Below are positions 9,742-20,560 of a stretch of DNA of 64,000 bases, in pieces; within the stretch, counting starts at the first letter, position 1; the number at the start of each line of letters is the position of its first letter. The notes under the pieces were generated by a model. The model was not told the DNA's origin. It was given only the letters and a program-made list of their open reading frames with translations, and ran no database searches. A program made the translations under genes and the position numbers. This DNA is from a virus, in the IMG/VR virus record IMGVR_UViG_3300021090_000013, positions 1 to 64,000 of that record; one strand, written 5' to 3'.

Positions 9742-10242
9742 ATGGCTTTGACCGCACGTCTCGTAATCGACCTCCAGAGCGACCAGACCAGCGCGCTCGA
9801 CCTGGAGACCGTGTCCAGCCCGCTCAGCTACCGCAAGGTCTACGACATCACGAACGGTACGGGCGCGCTCCAGGCTACCAAGCGCTTCACCGACACACGC
9901 ACCCTCGCAGCCTCCGGGACCGAGGACATCGACCTGTCCGGCGTGCTGGTCGACGGCTTCGGCACCACGCTGCTGTTCACCCGCATCGTGGCGATCATCA
10001 TCGAGGCGGCGGCTGCGAACACCAACAACGTCCTTGTGATCTGCCCCGTTGCCAATGGGTTCATCACGCCCTTTGCCGCAGCGTCCGACACGCTGACCGT
10101 GCGGCCTGGCGGCGTCGCCCTCCTGGTCGCGCCCAACGCGACAGCCTTCGCGGTCACGGCCGCCACCGGGGACTTGCTCACCATCACGAACAGCGCGGGC
10201 ACCACGGGCGTCACCTACAACATCATCATCCTCGGCTCGTGA
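9742..10242 (+). CDS. putative virion structural protein
   Basis: AGGAG RBS; Thr/Ala beta-rich; inside the tail operon. Confidence 0.7.
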   Translation: MALTARLVIDLQSDQTSALDLETVSSPLSYRKVYDITNGTGALQATKRFTDTRTLAASGTEDIDLSGVLVDGFGTTLLFTRIVAIIIEAAAANTNNVLVICPVANGFITPFAAASDTLTVRPGGVALLVAPNATAFAVTAATGDLLTITNSAGTTGVTYNIIILGS

Positions 10243-10271
10243 TCTGGAACCGGAAAGAGAAGGAGTGATCC

Positions 10272-10709
10272 ATGGCTGAACACGCAACCATCGCCCGCAT
10301 CGGGTATCTGAGCCAGTTCCAGCGGGGGAACGGAGACGGGCCGCCCGAGACGTTCACGAACGTGAACGAGGTCATCTCGTTCGAGCCGCCCGATGCCCAG
10401 GCCGACGACATCGAGGTGACGCACTTCGAGAGCCCGGGAGGCTACAAGGAGTACGTCCGCGGCCTGCTCGACGGCGGAGAGGTGTCCTTCTCGGTCAACT
10501 GGGACCCGGCCAACCGCGCGAGCCATGCCCAGATCCGCACCGACAAGATCTCGGGGCTCACCCACAACTACCGCTTCGTCCTCCCGGGCTCCATCGAGAC
10601 CATCACCTTCCCCGGCTACGTCAAGGGGCTGAAGCGCAACGTCGAGCCCAACACCCAGATCACCGCCGACGTCACGCTCAAGGTCTGCGGCGCCCCGACC
10701 GAGGTCTAA
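10272..10709 (+). CDS. major tail tube protein
   Basis: DDIEVTHFESPGGYKEYVRGLLDGGEVSF motif. Confidence 0.9.
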   Translation: MAEHATIARIGYLSQFQRGNGDGPPETFTNVNEVISFEPPDAQADDIEVTHFESPGGYKEYVRGLLDGGEVSFSVNWDPANRASHAQIRTDKISGLTHNYRFVLPGSIETITFPGYVKGLKRNVEPNTQITADVTLKVCGAPTEV

Positions 10710-10712
10710 CGC

Positions 10713-11111
10713 ATGGCCAACAAGTTCAAGGGTGAGGTCGACTTCGAGGCGCAGGGCAAGAATTGGGTCTTGCGCCTCGGCATGAACGACCTGATCGAGC
10801 TACAGGAGAAGCTGGGCATCGAGGAGGACGATCTGGCCAAGTTCTTCTTTCAGCTTGCCCGCTCCATGGGCCGGAGCATGAAGAAGACCAGAACGGCTAT
10901 CACCGTGGCCCTGAAGGGCAACCAGCCCGAGACCACCGAGGAAACAGCCGGCGAAATCATCACGGAGTTGGGCTTCAAGCGAACCGGCGACCTCCTGGCA
11001 GAAGCGATCAAGTGGGCGATGCCCGACCCTCCCGAGGGAGGAGAGAAGGACAAGGGAAAAGGACGCTCTCCTGGCGCGAGTACATCCACGACGCAGCCCG
11101 CGCTGGACTAA
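10713..11111 (+). CDS. tail assembly chaperone (G-like; GTA gp10-like N-terminus)
   Basis: MANKFKGEVDF start; between tube and tape measure genes; contains a slippery site. Confidence 0.85.
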   Translation: MANKFKGEVDFEAQGKNWVLRLGMNDLIELQEKLGIEEDDLAKFFFQLARSMGRSMKKTRTAITVALKGNQPETTEETAGEIITELGFKRTGDLLAEAIKWAMPDPPEGGEKDKGKGRSPGASTSTTQPALD

Positions 11112-11386
11112 GCCCAGACGAGTTCTGGCGGTACACGCCGCGCGAAATATCGTACGTCCTCCAGGGGGCCCGATGGCGCCAGGAGCAGGCAACACGGCTG
11201 GCGGTCACGGAGGCTTGGACAGTGGCGGCCCTGAGCAGGGCGAAGCGGCTACCGCGGCTCAAGAGCCTCCTGCGCACGACTGGCGAACGGGAGCGTCAGA
11301 CACCCGAGCAGCAGGAGTCCATCCTCCGCGACTGGGCCGAATCGGCTGGCCTGAAGATCGAGCGTCATGAGCACCCGGTGATGTGA
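11054..11386 (+). CDS. tail assembly chaperone -1 frameshift extension (GT-like)
   Basis: G GGA AAA heptamer at 11054-11060 in the correct phase; -1 frame reads [15 protein letters not shown], typical of T extensions. Confidence 0.8.
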   Translation, partial: GKRTLSWREYIHDAARAGLSPDEFWRYTPREISYVLQGARWRQEQATRLAVTEAWTVAALSRAKRLPRLKSLLRTTGERERQTPEQQESILRDWAESAGLKIERHEHPVM

Positions 11387-14300
11387 TGGCAGAGCCTATC
11401 GGAGCCCTCCGCGCGATCCTGAGCCTCGACTGGGCATCGTTCGAGGACGCGTGCGGGCGCGCGGCCAAGGCGACTAACAACTTCGGGAAGACCTTCAAGT
11501 CCCTCGACAAGGACATGAAGGCGAGCGCCCGGGCGATCACCGAGATCGCTACGCCCATCGCTGCCGCCATGGCCGCAGTAGGCGGCGCAATCCTGCTCGC
11601 CACGACCAAGTGGGTGCAGTACGCGGATGGGCTCGACACCATGGCCGCGAAGAGCGGCCACACCATCGACTGGCTGCAAGCGACGGCGTTCGCCGCCTCG
11701 CAGTCAGGGACCGATATCGAGGCCGTCGTAGCCGGGACGGGAAGGCTTCAGCGTGCGCTGGTCGAGGGGTCCGCCGAGACTGTCGCGTCTGTTCGTGCGC
11801 TCGGGCTGTCCTTCGGCGAGCTGCGCCGGTCCTCGCCAGACGAGCAGATGCAAAAGGTGCTCGTCGCCCTCGGAAAGGTCAAGAACGAGAGCGAAAGGAC
11901 CGCGCTGGCGACCCGCTTGCTTGGCAAGTCTGGGGCCGACCTGATTCCGCTCGCCGGCAACATGGAGGCGCTGCAACGGCGAGCCCGCGAGCTGGGCCTG
12001 ATCATGTCCACCGAGGACGTGCGGGCGGCCGCTCAGCTCGGGAACGAAGTCAAGGCCCTGGGCTCCAGCTTCACCGGGCTGACGCAGACTCTCGTCGCAG
12101 CGATCACGAGCAACCAGAGCCTCCACACGATGGTCACGGGGCTGACCGACATCTTCGGCAAGCTGTCCACGGCTGTCAGTGGCAACCGCTCGGAGATGAC
12201 GAACCTCGTCTCCCAGGGTGTGGTCAAGCTCGCGGAAGGTATGGTGCTTGTCGCCCGCGCCGGCGGCGTCGCGAACACTGTCTATTCTGCGCTGGCGCTG
12301 ACGTGGGCATCAGCAAGGAACATCGCCCTACAACTCGCGCTAGCCGCCCAACGAATGAACATGCCTTCCGCCGGCAACGCCGCGCGGGACGCCGCCTCCG
12401 CAGCGAAGCGCGCAGAGCGGCTTGAGAATATCAGGCTCATCGAGGCCGAGATCACGGCTAATGCGCGAGCGGCCGGAGAGACCGAGGAGGCTTACACAAA
12501 GCGGGCCAACGCCATCGATGGCGTGGTCAAGGAACTGGAGGGGCTCAAGAAGAGCATCGAGTCCGTAGCCGGGCAGGAAGTCAAGGGCGGCAAGGACATC
12601 AAGAAGACCACGGGGGAGATCAACCTCCAGACCGCGGCGGCAAAGAAGGCGCAGGAGGAGCTCGAGAAGTGGCAGAAGAAGCTCGATCAGTTGAGCTTCG
12701 AGCGCTGGCTGTCCGCGACCGAGGCCAGGATGGACGCGCAGGAGGAAGCCGAGCAAGACGCCTTCGATCTCTGGCTCGCTCGGACCCAGGACCAGATGCG
12801 GCTGGAGGATGAACTCGACCAAATAGGATTCGAGCGCTGGCTGGGCATCCAGGAGCAACGGGAAGAAGTCGCCGAACGGGCGCACAGGGCCGAACAGGAA
12901 CGCTTGCAGGACTTGGAATCCGGGATGCAAGGGCTCTCCGACCTGTTCGCCCACTTCAGCGCACCAGACTCGTTTGGTGCTTCGCTAGCCGGCACGCTCG
13001 AACGGGCGGGCTCCCTGATGCAGGAGTTCAATCGCTACACCCAGGACGGGATCATTTCCTGGGGCGAGCTGGCGGGCATGATCGCTTCCGGTGCGTCTGC
13101 CATGGAGCAGGCGACCGACAGCGCCAGCCAGTGGGAAAACACCCTCGGGGGTGCCTCCACAGGCGCTGCGATGGGATCGGCATTCGGTCCCTATGGGATG
13201 GCCTTCGGCGCCATCATCGGTGGCCTCGCCGGAGCGACAAGCAACCCCGACTGGGTGCGGATCATGGAACACGTGGGCGAGACCTGGGGAATCGCGATCA
13301 GTGAGGGTCTCGCCCGGAAGATCGCCCTCGATCAGGATCGGATCGGTAGCGCCACCGGGGCCATCGCCCTGCACCTCGCGGAGATTTGGGCCGAGGCGGG
13401 CGGCGTCATGGCCGTGGGGCTTGACCAAGCCTACATCGGCATGAACAACCTGCTCACCCTGATGGACGAGGGCGTGATATCTGCCGTTGACGGAGCGGAA
13501 GCATTCAACACGGCATTCGGAGTCCTGCTCCCTGCATCCATCGACAGAACGACTGGCCTGATCTCCCTACAGACCGCGCAATTCATCCGCCACGCGCAGG
13601 CCCTCGGGATCGACTCGCAGGCCCTGACCGACTTCATGGCGCAGCAGTCATCCGCTGCTACGGCTGGGCTCAACGCGATGGCCGCAGGCTTGGTTGTCAC
13701 CGAGTACACAGCGGAGGGTGTGGGCGCCGCGATCGCTGCACAGTTCCAGTCCCTCCGCGACTCGGGCATGACGATTGGCCAGGCGCTCCAAGAGCTACAG
13801 CCTGCGATAGACGCATTCGCGGCCAAGTTCGCGGAGCTTGGGGTGTCCGGCGGTGCCGCCTTCGCCCAAGTCGGAGCCATGGCCGCCTTGGCTGGCGACG
13901 AGGTGGCCGGCCCCATGATCGAGGCGATCAACGGGGCTGGGGACACGCTGGCTGCGCTCTCGAATCAGGGCATCCTCACGCAGGAGATGTTCACCGGGCT
14001 GAGCACCAGCATGGCCGACACCTACGCGGCTCTGGTGGAGCAAGGCTACGGCGGAGCCACAGCGATGGCCATGATCGCCCCCGACCTACAAACGGTGTGG
14101 GAGCTACAGCAACGGTACGGCTACGAGGTCGACGCCACCACTCAGGCCCTACTCGACGAGGCTCTCGCCTCCGGCGCGGTGGGTGAGGCGCACATGTCCG
14201 CGCAGGAGCGCATCGCGACCGCCACGGAGCACTTGGCGAGCACGGTAGACCTGCTCGCCGAAGCCTTCGGTGTGAAACTGCCACGCGAGGCAGAACGGGG

Positions 14301-14622
14301 CGCTCGCGGCATCGAGGACGCGCTTAACGGGATCAGTGTCAAGCCGGTAAAGGTCCCGGTCGAGGTCGAGTGGCCAGACGGAAAAAACCCCAACGCTCCG
14401 GCAGTCCCCAGCTTCGCGTCAGGCGGGATCGGCGACTTCGGCTCGGGCACGCTGGCGATGCTGCACGACTACGAGGCGATCGTGCCCCTCGACAAGGGCG
14501 GGCCCGGGCTCGCGGACCCGGCGATGCTGTCGGAGCTGCGCGGCATGAACGGCATGCTGCGCCGGTACATCCAGGCCCAGCCGACAGCGCTTCGAGACGC
14601 GGTGCTGATGGGGCGGGCGTAA
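11386..14622 (+). CDS. tail tape measure protein (module 1)
   Basis: 1078 aa, Ala-rich helical; [12 protein letters not shown]-terminus; FASGG...EAIVP C-terminus. Confidence 0.92.
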   Translation: MAEPIGALRAILSLDWASFEDACGRAAKATNNFGKTFKSLDKDMKASARAITEIATPIAAAMAAVGGAILLATTKWVQYADGLDTMAAKSGHTIDWLQATAFAASQSGTDIEAVVAGTGRLQRALVEGSAETVASVRALGLSFGELRRSSPDEQMQKVLVALGKVKNESERTALATRLLGKSGADLIPLAGNMEALQRRARELGLIMSTEDVRAAAQLGNEVKALGSSFTGLTQTLVAAITSNQSLHTMVTGLTDIFGKLSTAVSGNRSEMTNLVSQGVVKLAEGMVLVARAGGVANTVYSALALTWASARNIALQLALAAQRMNMPSAGNAARDAASAAKRAERLENIRLIEAEITANARAAGETEEAYTKRANAIDGVVKELEGLKKSIESVAGQEVKGGKDIKKTTGEINLQTAAAKKAQEELEKWQKKLDQLSFERWLSATEARMDAQEEAEQDAFDLWLARTQDQMRLEDELDQIGFERWLGIQEQREEVAERAHRAEQERLQDLESGMQGLSDLFAHFSAPDSFGASLAGTLERAGSLMQEFNRYTQDGIISWGELAGMIASGASAMEQATDSASQWENTLGGASTGAAMGSAFGPYGMAFGAIIGGLAGATSNPDWVRIMEHVGETWGIAISEGLARKIALDQDRIGSATGAIALHLAEIWAEAGGVMAVGLDQAYIGMNNLLTLMDEGVISAVDGAEAFNTAFGVLLPASIDRTTGLISLQTAQFIRHAQALGIDSQALTDFMAQQSSAATAGLNAMAAGLVVTEYTAEGVGAAIAAQFQSLRDSGMTIGQALQELQPAIDAFAAKFAELGVSGGAAFAQVGAMAALAGDEVAGPMIEAINGAGDTLAALSNQGILTQEMFTGLSTSMADTYAALVEQGYGGATAMAMIAPDLQTVWELQQRYGYEVDATTQALLDEALASGAVGEAHMSAQERIATATEHLASTVDLLAEAFGVKLPREAERGARGIEDALNGISVKPVKVPVEVEWPDGKNPNAPAVPSFASGGIGDFGSGTLAMLHDYEAIVPLDKGGPGLADPAMLSELRGMNGMLRRYIQAQPTALRDAVLMGRA

Positions 14623-14633
14623 AGGAGAGAGAA

Positions 14634-15197
14634 ATGGCGATCCAGACCTTCCAAGAAGTCCTCGTAAACAGCGTCACCGATGGCCCGACGCTGACCGCTG
14701 CGGCGCGGGCCTCGTGCATCCCGACCGCAGACCGGATCGTCCTGCCGAGTCACTACTTCAACCCGGGCAAGGCGCTGGAGTTCACGCTCGGCGGCCGGAT
14801 CTCGAACGCGGTCACTACTCCCGGGACGGTGCGCTTCGACATCTGCATGGGCGCCGCAGGCACCACCATCGTGTTCGACACGGGCGCGCTGAATCTCAAC
14901 ATCGTGGCCAAGACTACGGTTCCTTGGTGGCTCAGGGTGGTGCTCAACTGCCGTGCGGTAGGCGCCAGCACGCTGACCACGTTCTTTCCCGAGGGCATCT
15001 TTCAGAGCGAGGCGGTCGTGGGCTCGCCGTTGCCCACCGTGGGCGGGAACGGATCGCTGCTGGTCCCTGTCGGAACGCCTGGAGTAGGCGCAGGGATGGA
15101 CAACACGGCCGCGTCGATCTTGGACGTTTTCCACACGCAAACCGTAGCCACCGGCCAGCTGATCGTCTCGCAATTCCGCGTGGTTGCCCTCAACTGA
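14634..15197 (+). CDS. putative tail/virion protein
   Basis: AAGGAG RBS; beta-rich; directly after tape measure. Confidence 0.7.
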   Translation: MAIQTFQEVLVNSVTDGPTLTAAARASCIPTADRIVLPSHYFNPGKALEFTLGGRISNAVTTPGTVRFDICMGAAGTTIVFDTGALNLNIVAKTTVPWWLRVVLNCRAVGASTLTTFFPEGIFQSEAVVGSPLPTVGGNGSLLVPVGTPGVGAGMDNTAASILDVFHTQTVATGQLIVSQFRVVALN

Positions 15198-15231
15198 GCC
15201 GGAACTGGACCCGGGGTGTAGACTCGGTGGC

Positions 15232-17850
15232 ATGGAACACACACGCAGGACGATAGGTATTCTGGCCATGGCTTTAGGGATCGCGGCGGGCGCTTCGGGG
15301 CCACTCGGTGGGCCTCGTGCGCTGCGCCCTACCGTCCTGGCCGCGCCGACCACAACCGCGGCCTTGAACGTGTCCGACCGGACGTCAGGGACGCCCGTGC
15401 GGTGGCAGAACGCGGTAGGCGTCTCCGTCGCGCAGAACAGCTTGACGAAGACGGCGGCGGGTGGGGCCTTCGATGCGGGCGCGTCATCGGTGCAGACGCT
15501 CTGGTCTGGTGATGGCTACGTCGAATTCACCACGCTGGAGAACGACAAGCGCAAGGTGGCCGGGCTCAGCAATGGGGACCCGGGCCAGACCGATACTGAG
15601 ATCGACTTCGGGATGAGGCTCGGAAACAACGGCACCGTCCAAGTTGAGGAGAGCGGCGTAATCGTCGCTCAGGGCCTCGGCGCCTACGTCGCCGGTGACG
15701 TGTTCCGCGTGGCCATCGAAAGCGGCGTCCTCGTCTACCGCCAGAATGGGACGCTGCTCTGGGTGAGCTCCGCGACGCCCACGTACCCGCTGCTGGCGGA
15801 TACCAGCTTCTTCCATCTCGGCGGCACCATCACCAATGCGCGCATCTCCGCGCCCCCGCTGTACCCGGTGCGGTGGACCGAGGCGTCAGGCGTCGAGGTG
15901 CGCGGGAACCGGATTAGGCAGACGATAATCCAGGCCGGTGGCAGTGCTGGCGCTCTTTCGGCACAGCGCTTAACCTCTGGCGACGGCTACGTCGAAGTGC
16001 TAGCTCCAGCGTTCGGTAATGCTTTCATGTTCGCATTGACCACGGTCGGTGAAGCGCACACGTTTAACCGCTATGAAATTCTCGACTTCGCGCTTTACCA
16101 TCCACCAACCGTGAACGCCACACTACGGGTGTATGAAAACGGACTCGACTATGCAATCGGTGCGACGATTCAGCCCGGCGACATTCTCCGTATTGGAGTA
16201 GAAGCCGGACAAGTCGTCTACAGGCAGAATGGAGTTCTCGTCTACCGAAGCCTCACGCTGCCGATGTACCCGCTACAGGTAGATTGCGCTCTCTTTCTGC
16301 AGGACACTACCTTTCGCGCCCGCGTCTCCGGCATGCGCGTCCACACCATGCACGAGTGGGACGCCGACCTGGGCGAGTGGGGATGGAGCCCGCTAACGCC
16401 AGACGTGCGGACCGACCCACCCGCGACCTTCGATCTAGGCATCCCCGGAACCGGCCCGCTCGACTTCGCGGCCGGCACTGGTCGGGCATCGTGGACGATG
16501 GACAACAGCACGTCCAACAGCGAGGGCACGCTTGGGCTCTACTCCCCGCAGCACGCCGACCACCGGGACGCCTGGGCGCTCGGCATCGGTATTCGCTACA
16601 GCTACCGTGACGACGCTGACGCCGAGCCCATCGAGAAGTTCCACGGGCGGCTGAAGTACGCCAGCGCCGAGCCGGGGCGCTACGGCAAGCGGCACGTCCT
16701 GTGCTCGGCCGTCGACTGGATGGACGAGGCGGCGTCGACAAAGGTCAACATCCCCATCCAGGTCGGAAAGCGCACCGACGAAGTGCTGACCACCGTGAAG
16801 GATGCCGTTCGTAGGCAGCCCCTAGGCGTGGCCTTCGACGTCGCGGACAGCACCTTCCCCTACGTGATCGGCGACGGCGACAGCACGGCGATGACGTTCA
16901 TTCAACGCCTGTGCCAGAGCGAGCTAGGCTACTGCGTGATGCGCCGGGGCGTCCTGACGTTCTACAAGAGGACTTCTCGCCTTGCCCCGCTGCCGGTCGC
17001 CACGTTCGCCGGCACGATGCGCTGGCTTGACGCCCCGGTAGACGCGGCGAAGGTCAAGAACCGGGCGCGGGTGACCGTGCATCCAAAGCGTGTCGACGCT
17101 GCGGCCACTACGGTCCTCTTCGCGAAGCCAGACGAGAGCAATCCCGCGATAGACGTTGCTCAGACCATCACCATCACCGGGCGCTACACCGACCCCGCCC
17201 AGCTTGCGGCCCGCGTCGGCGGGATGGACATGGTCACGCCAGCCGCAACCACCGACTACCTGATGAACGCGCAGGAAGACGGGCTCGGCGCCGACCTAAC
17301 GGCAAACTGCGCAGTGGTGGCCGTCTATGGCGCCAACCAGGTCGAGTACAGCATCACCAACAATGACGCGGTGGTGGGCTATCTGATCAAGCTCCAGGCC
17401 CGCGGGAGAGGCGTCTACGACTACGACCCCATCGACGCCATCGCGCTCGACCAGGCGAGCATCGACGCCGTGGGCGAGGGCATTATCGCGCTGGACATGG
17501 TCTACCAGAGCGACCTCAGCATCGCCGGCCCGGTCGCTGACTACCTGGTGGCGACGTGGGTAGCCGAAGGCGCGAGCGAGGCCAACGTCGAGTACATCCC
17601 CAAGACCGCCGCGGCTCTGTCGGAAGCGATGGGCATCGAGCCCGGGGACGCGATTGTGGCGAGCGAATCCGTCACCGGCGTGAATAACGCCTTCTGGGTG
17701 CAGCACGTCTCGGCTGAAATCTCCGGCAACGGTCCGGGGTTCACGTCGTTCCAGTGGGCGCTACAGAGGACGCTGGTGGCGGCATACTGGCAAGTCGGGA
17801 TCGCCGGCTACTCTGAAGTCGGGATCACCACGGTGGTTGGACCGCTCTGA
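15232..17850 (+). CDS. tail tip/hub protein with two tandem N-terminal beta-rich domains
   Basis: C-terminal about 500 aa visibly homologous to 58781..60373; repeated SGDGYVE...VYRQNG...YPL domain at the N-terminus. Confidence 0.8.
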   Translation: MEHTRRTIGILAMALGIAAGASGPLGGPRALRPTVLAAPTTTAALNVSDRTSGTPVRWQNAVGVSVAQNSLTKTAAGGAFDAGASSVQTLWSGDGYVEFTTLENDKRKVAGLSNGDPGQTDTEIDFGMRLGNNGTVQVEESGVIVAQGLGAYVAGDVFRVAIESGVLVYRQNGTLLWVSSATPTYPLLADTSFFHLGGTITNARISAPPLYPVRWTEASGVEVRGNRIRQTIIQAGGSAGALSAQRLTSGDGYVEVLAPAFGNAFMFALTTVGEAHTFNRYEILDFALYHPPTVNATLRVYENGLDYAIGATIQPGDILRIGVEAGQVVYRQNGVLVYRSLTLPMYPLQVDCALFLQDTTFRARVSGMRVHTMHEWDADLGEWGWSPLTPDVRTDPPATFDLGIPGTGPLDFAAGTGRASWTMDNSTSNSEGTLGLYSPQHADHRDAWALGIGIRYSYRDDADAEPIEKFHGRLKYASAEPGRYGKRHVLCSAVDWMDEAASTKVNIPIQVGKRTDEVLTTVKDAVRRQPLGVAFDVADSTFPYVIGDGDSTAMTFIQRLCQSELGYCVMRRGVLTFYKRTSRLAPLPVATFAGTMRWLDAPVDAAKVKNRARVTVHPKRVDAAATTVLFAKPDESNPAIDVAQTITITGRYTDPAQLAARVGGMDMVTPAATTDYLMNAQEDGLGADLTANCAVVAVYGANQVEYSITNNDAVVGYLIKLQARGRGVYDYDPIDAIALDQASIDAVGEGIIALDMVYQSDLSIAGPVADYLVATWVAEGASEANVEYIPKTAAALSEAMGIEPGDAIVASESVTGVNNAFWVQHVSAEISGNGPGFTSFQWALQRTLVAAYWQVGIAGYSEVGITTVVGPL

Positions 17851-17859
17851 GGTGATTGG

Positions 17860-18231
17860 ATGGCGATGCTGACGGCGGGCAGCAAGAGTGCGGCGAGACG
17901 GCTCCTACACTGGGACGTAGCCCGGGTGGTCGCTCTCGCCGCGGCGGGGCACGATGTCTCGCTGTACCAGGCCCGCCAGCGCGCTGCGGAGACGGCGATC
18001 GATGCCGACGTAGCGTCTTGGTCGGAAGAGGTGCGCAGCCTCTTCCTGGCCGTGCTGGAGGTGACCAGGACGCCCACTCCGGTCGTACAGCTAGGTATCG
18101 GCAGACTCCAGCATCCAATCCAGCGAATGACCAGGGATGAGCAGATCGCCAGCCGTGAACTGGCCCGCGAGATCGGCGTCCTCGGCAAGCTCCAAGAAGT
18201 CGCGCCCGTGCACTGGGCCGAGGGGGACTGA
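17860..18231 (+). CDS. hypothetical protein
   Basis: GAGGTG RBS; coupled to the next gene. Confidence 0.55.
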   Translation: MAMLTAGSKSAARRLLHWDVARVVALAAAGHDVSLYQARQRAAETAIDADVASWSEEVRSLFLAVLEVTRTPTPVVQLGIGRLQHPIQRMTRDEQIASRELAREIGVLGKLQEVAPVHWAEGD

Positions 18232-18686
18232 TGGCTGTACCTCACACCTGGGTGACCGGGGAACTGGCCACGGCCTCGCTGCTCAACGGCTTGCGCGATG
18301 GCCTGATCGCGCTGGCTGCTGCGAAGCCGCTGGTCATGTCGTTTGGTGATCCTGGCGGGGCCGTACTCACTGCCGGGGTCAAGCGCTGCATCTACGTCAA
18401 GAACGGCATTCGCGCCGGCGGCTGGACGTTGGCGGCTGACGCGGTAGGCTCGGTGGTGCTCGACCTGTGGGTCGCTGCCTACCCCACGATTCCCACGGTG
18501 GCCAACACGATCACCGGGAGCGAGAAGCCAACGCTCGCAGGCGTGAGGGTCAACCAGGACTCGGCGCTCAGCACATGGATCCCGGACATTCCGAGCGGGA
18601 GTTTCCTGGTCGCCAATATCGATAGCGCGGCGACCATTAAGCAGCTCACCGTCAGCCTGGACGGTACGCTGCTAGAGCTGCTCTGA
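18231..18686 (+). CDS. putative minor tail/fibre protein
   Basis: PHTWVTGELATASLLNGLRD N-terminus, similar to 60381 and 60662 products. Confidence 0.7.
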   Translation: MAVPHTWVTGELATASLLNGLRDGLIALAAAKPLVMSFGDPGGAVLTAGVKRCIYVKNGIRAGGWTLAADAVGSVVLDLWVAAYPTIPTVANTITGSEKPTLAGVRVNQDSALSTWIPDIPSGSFLVANIDSAATIKQLTVSLDGTLLELL

Positions 18687-18690
18687 GCCC

Positions 18691-19356
18691 ATGGCCTTCG
18701 CTCCGGTAACTAACGCAGCCACGGGAGTAGCCGAAAGCTCGGCTACGCTCAACGGGAGCTGGACCGGAGCCACAGCCGACGAGTCAGGCTTCAGCGTCGA
18801 CGCCAAATTCCTGTGGGGCTTCAGCGCCTTTGATCATGAGACCAGCGAAATCCCCTATGCCACCGAGAACGGCTCGCACTCGCACAACCTGACGGCCGGC
18901 GATGGGCTGGGCCCGGACCGCATGATCTTCTTCGAGTTCAAGGCCAGGGACCAGGACGGGCCATTCGAGGGCGGGGGACCGCTCAGCTTCAAGACGCTGG
19001 CGGATCTCATGGCGTTCGGGACGCCGCACGTCTCGGCCACGCGCGACACGCAGGCCGACGTGGACATCGACTTCAACCCGAACTGCATCTTCAGTACGGC
19101 GAGCCTGACGGTGGCCTACAAGCTACTGGGTGATGCCTGGCCCGGGACAGACGGCACCACGATCAGCGCGCTCAACGGGACAGAGCTAACGAACCGATCG
19201 TTTACCATCACGGGGCTGCTGGCCAACACCGCCTATTCCTACCGCTTCAGGGGGAATCGCGACACGGTCAACGACACGACCGCCTTCTCTGGAGAGGGAA
19301 GCTTCACGACGTCTGCGGACCCTAGCGCGGTCGGCGACGTGATGATGTTGGGCTAG
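18691..19356 (+). CDS. virion protein with fibronectin type III-like domains
   Basis: ATGVAESSATLNGS and TITGLLANTAYSYRF motifs. Confidence 0.7.
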   Translation: MAFAPVTNAATGVAESSATLNGSWTGATADESGFSVDAKFLWGFSAFDHETSEIPYATENGSHSHNLTAGDGLGPDRMIFFEFKARDQDGPFEGGGPLSFKTLADLMAFGTPHVSATRDTQADVDIDFNPNCIFSTASLTVAYKLLGDAWPGTDGTTISALNGTELTNRSFTITGLLANTAYSYRFRGNRDTVNDTTAFSGEGSFTTSADPSAVGDVMMLG

Positions 19357-19552
19357 GCTTCTCCGACCACTGGAGAAGCGTGATCGCGAGCCCATCAGCC
19401 TTGATTTCCCACCGTGCGCCACAGTGTCGGACGCTCCGAGCTAGTTGCATGCCTTCCCTGAGCACGACACGGCTCTCCTCGCGGCACACGGGACAGCCCA
19501 GCCAGACCGTCGCGATGTCCTCGACCGTGAGCTTGAGGTGCGGGCGCCTCAT
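19322..19552 (-). CDS. small hypothetical CxxC protein
   Basis: ATGA-type coupling in the leftward operon; CPVC motif. Confidence 0.5.
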   Translation of the reverse strand: MRRPHLKLTVEDIATVWLGCPVCREESRVVLREGMQLARSVRHCGARWEIKADGLAITLLQWSEKPSPTSSRRRPR

Positions 19553-19692
19553 GGAGTCCCCTTGCAAACGGTGCCGCGGCAATCGCGATCCCGACACAAC
19601 CTCCACGGCAGGAAGAACTGCCGCCCGCAGCGCTCGCAGAACCAGCGGCGCACCCGAAAGTGATACCGGAAGGCGAGGAGTATCCGTGACAT
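19549..19692 (-). CDS. small Zn-ribbon-like hypothetical protein
   Basis: MSRILLAF...CERCG...CRDRDCRG; coupled to both neighbours. Confidence 0.45.
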   Translation of the reverse strand: MSRILLAFRYHFRVRRWFCERCGRQFFLPWRLCRDRDCRGTVCKGTP

Positions 19693-19985
19693 CAGGGCCA
19701 CCCGGGAATGAAACGCTGACAGGGGCTCGGCTGCGTCATGGGAGACACCACGTCTCCGCAGAGCGTGCAGGCGTAGTGCCCGAGCCGCGGGTAGTCGGAC
19801 TCGGGATTCTCCGGCTCGTCCCACACCCAGACGCACGTAGGCAGCTCGGAATGCTGCCAGGAGCCGACCCACCGATGCTCGTGGCCGGCGGGGTCCGCGT
19901 AGCTCCAGCCCATAGCTGGCTCGTTCATGCTCGTGACTTCGACCATCTCGGCCATCAGCTCATCCTCCTGGCCGGAGTTTGGCAC
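19692..19985 (-). CDS. hypothetical protein
   Basis: Downstream of leftward promoter; CTLCG motif; start uncertain. Confidence 0.55.
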   Translation of the reverse strand: MPNSGQEDELMAEMVEVTSMNEPAMGWSYADPAGHEHRWVGSWQHSELPTCVWVWDEPENPESDYPRLGHYACTLCGDVVSPMTQPSPCQRFIPGWP

Positions 19986-20118
19986 CGCCGGCTCTCCGTG
20001 CCTTCGTCGTGCCTATCGCACCCCACAAGGCATAGCGGTGAGCGGTCGAGGCGGCTCGTAAGTCACTTAGCAGCATCATTCGGCGCGGCTCGCGGACCGA
20101 TGTTTCTTTCACAACCCC

Positions 20119-20147
20119 AATATAGGCTCTTGACATCGTGAATGCAA
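20119..20147 (-). promoter_or_regulatory. leftward sigma70-type promoter TTGCAT-N17-TATATT
   Basis: Reverse complement of ATGCAA (20142-20147) and AATATA (20119-20124), 17-bp spacer. Confidence 0.7.
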
Positions 20148-20158
20148 GCGCCTATATT
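20130..20158 (+). promoter_or_regulatory. rightward sigma70-type promoter TTGACA-N17-TATATT
   Basis: Near-consensus hexamers with exact 17-bp spacer. Confidence 0.85.
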
Positions 20159-20164
20159 GACCTC

Positions 20165-20356
20165 GTGAAGAGGACAGAGATGAGGTCGGCACTCAAGAGG
20201 CTGGGCTGGAAGCAGACCCAGCTTGCCCGATACCTCAAGGTCACTGACGGGGCTGTGAGCATGTGGCTGAGCGGTCAGCGGCCGATACCTGGCCCGGTCG
20301 AATTGGCGGTCAGGGCGGTGGAGCCCATCCAGGGCCAAGACCGGGAGTCGGCGTGA
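20165..20356 (+). CDS. XRE/Cro-like HTH regulator
   Basis: LKRLGWKQTQLARYLKVTDGAVSMWLSGQRPIP; GTG start 7 nt after the -10 (leaderless), or ATG 20180. Confidence 0.88.
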   Translation: MKRTEMRSALKRLGWKQTQLARYLKVTDGAVSMWLSGQRPIPGPVELAVRAVEPIQGQDRESA

Positions 20357-20560
20357 CCGGAGGCTGGCTGGCCTCGAAGCTGGGCGCCGCCGAGGCCAAG
20401 CCGCAGCCCAAGCGCGGGCGGAAGGGCGAGGAGGGCGCTTGAGCATCCGCTCGGTCTGGGCCGCCTTCCGCGAGTGGCGCCGGGAGCCAAAGCGGACCGC
20501 CATCGAACGGCTGCAAGGTGGAGACGTTGACATCGTGGCGCTCGCTCGCGAGGCGAAGAA

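Noticed and set aside
11054-11060. Programmed -1 frameshift as a novelty
   Set aside because: Likely real, but a standard feature of tail assembly chaperones; listed as a feature only
15394-16332. Diversity-generating retroelement TR/VR pair in the duplicated tail domain
   Set aside because: No reverse transcriptase in the window, and the copies differ at all base types, not just adenines
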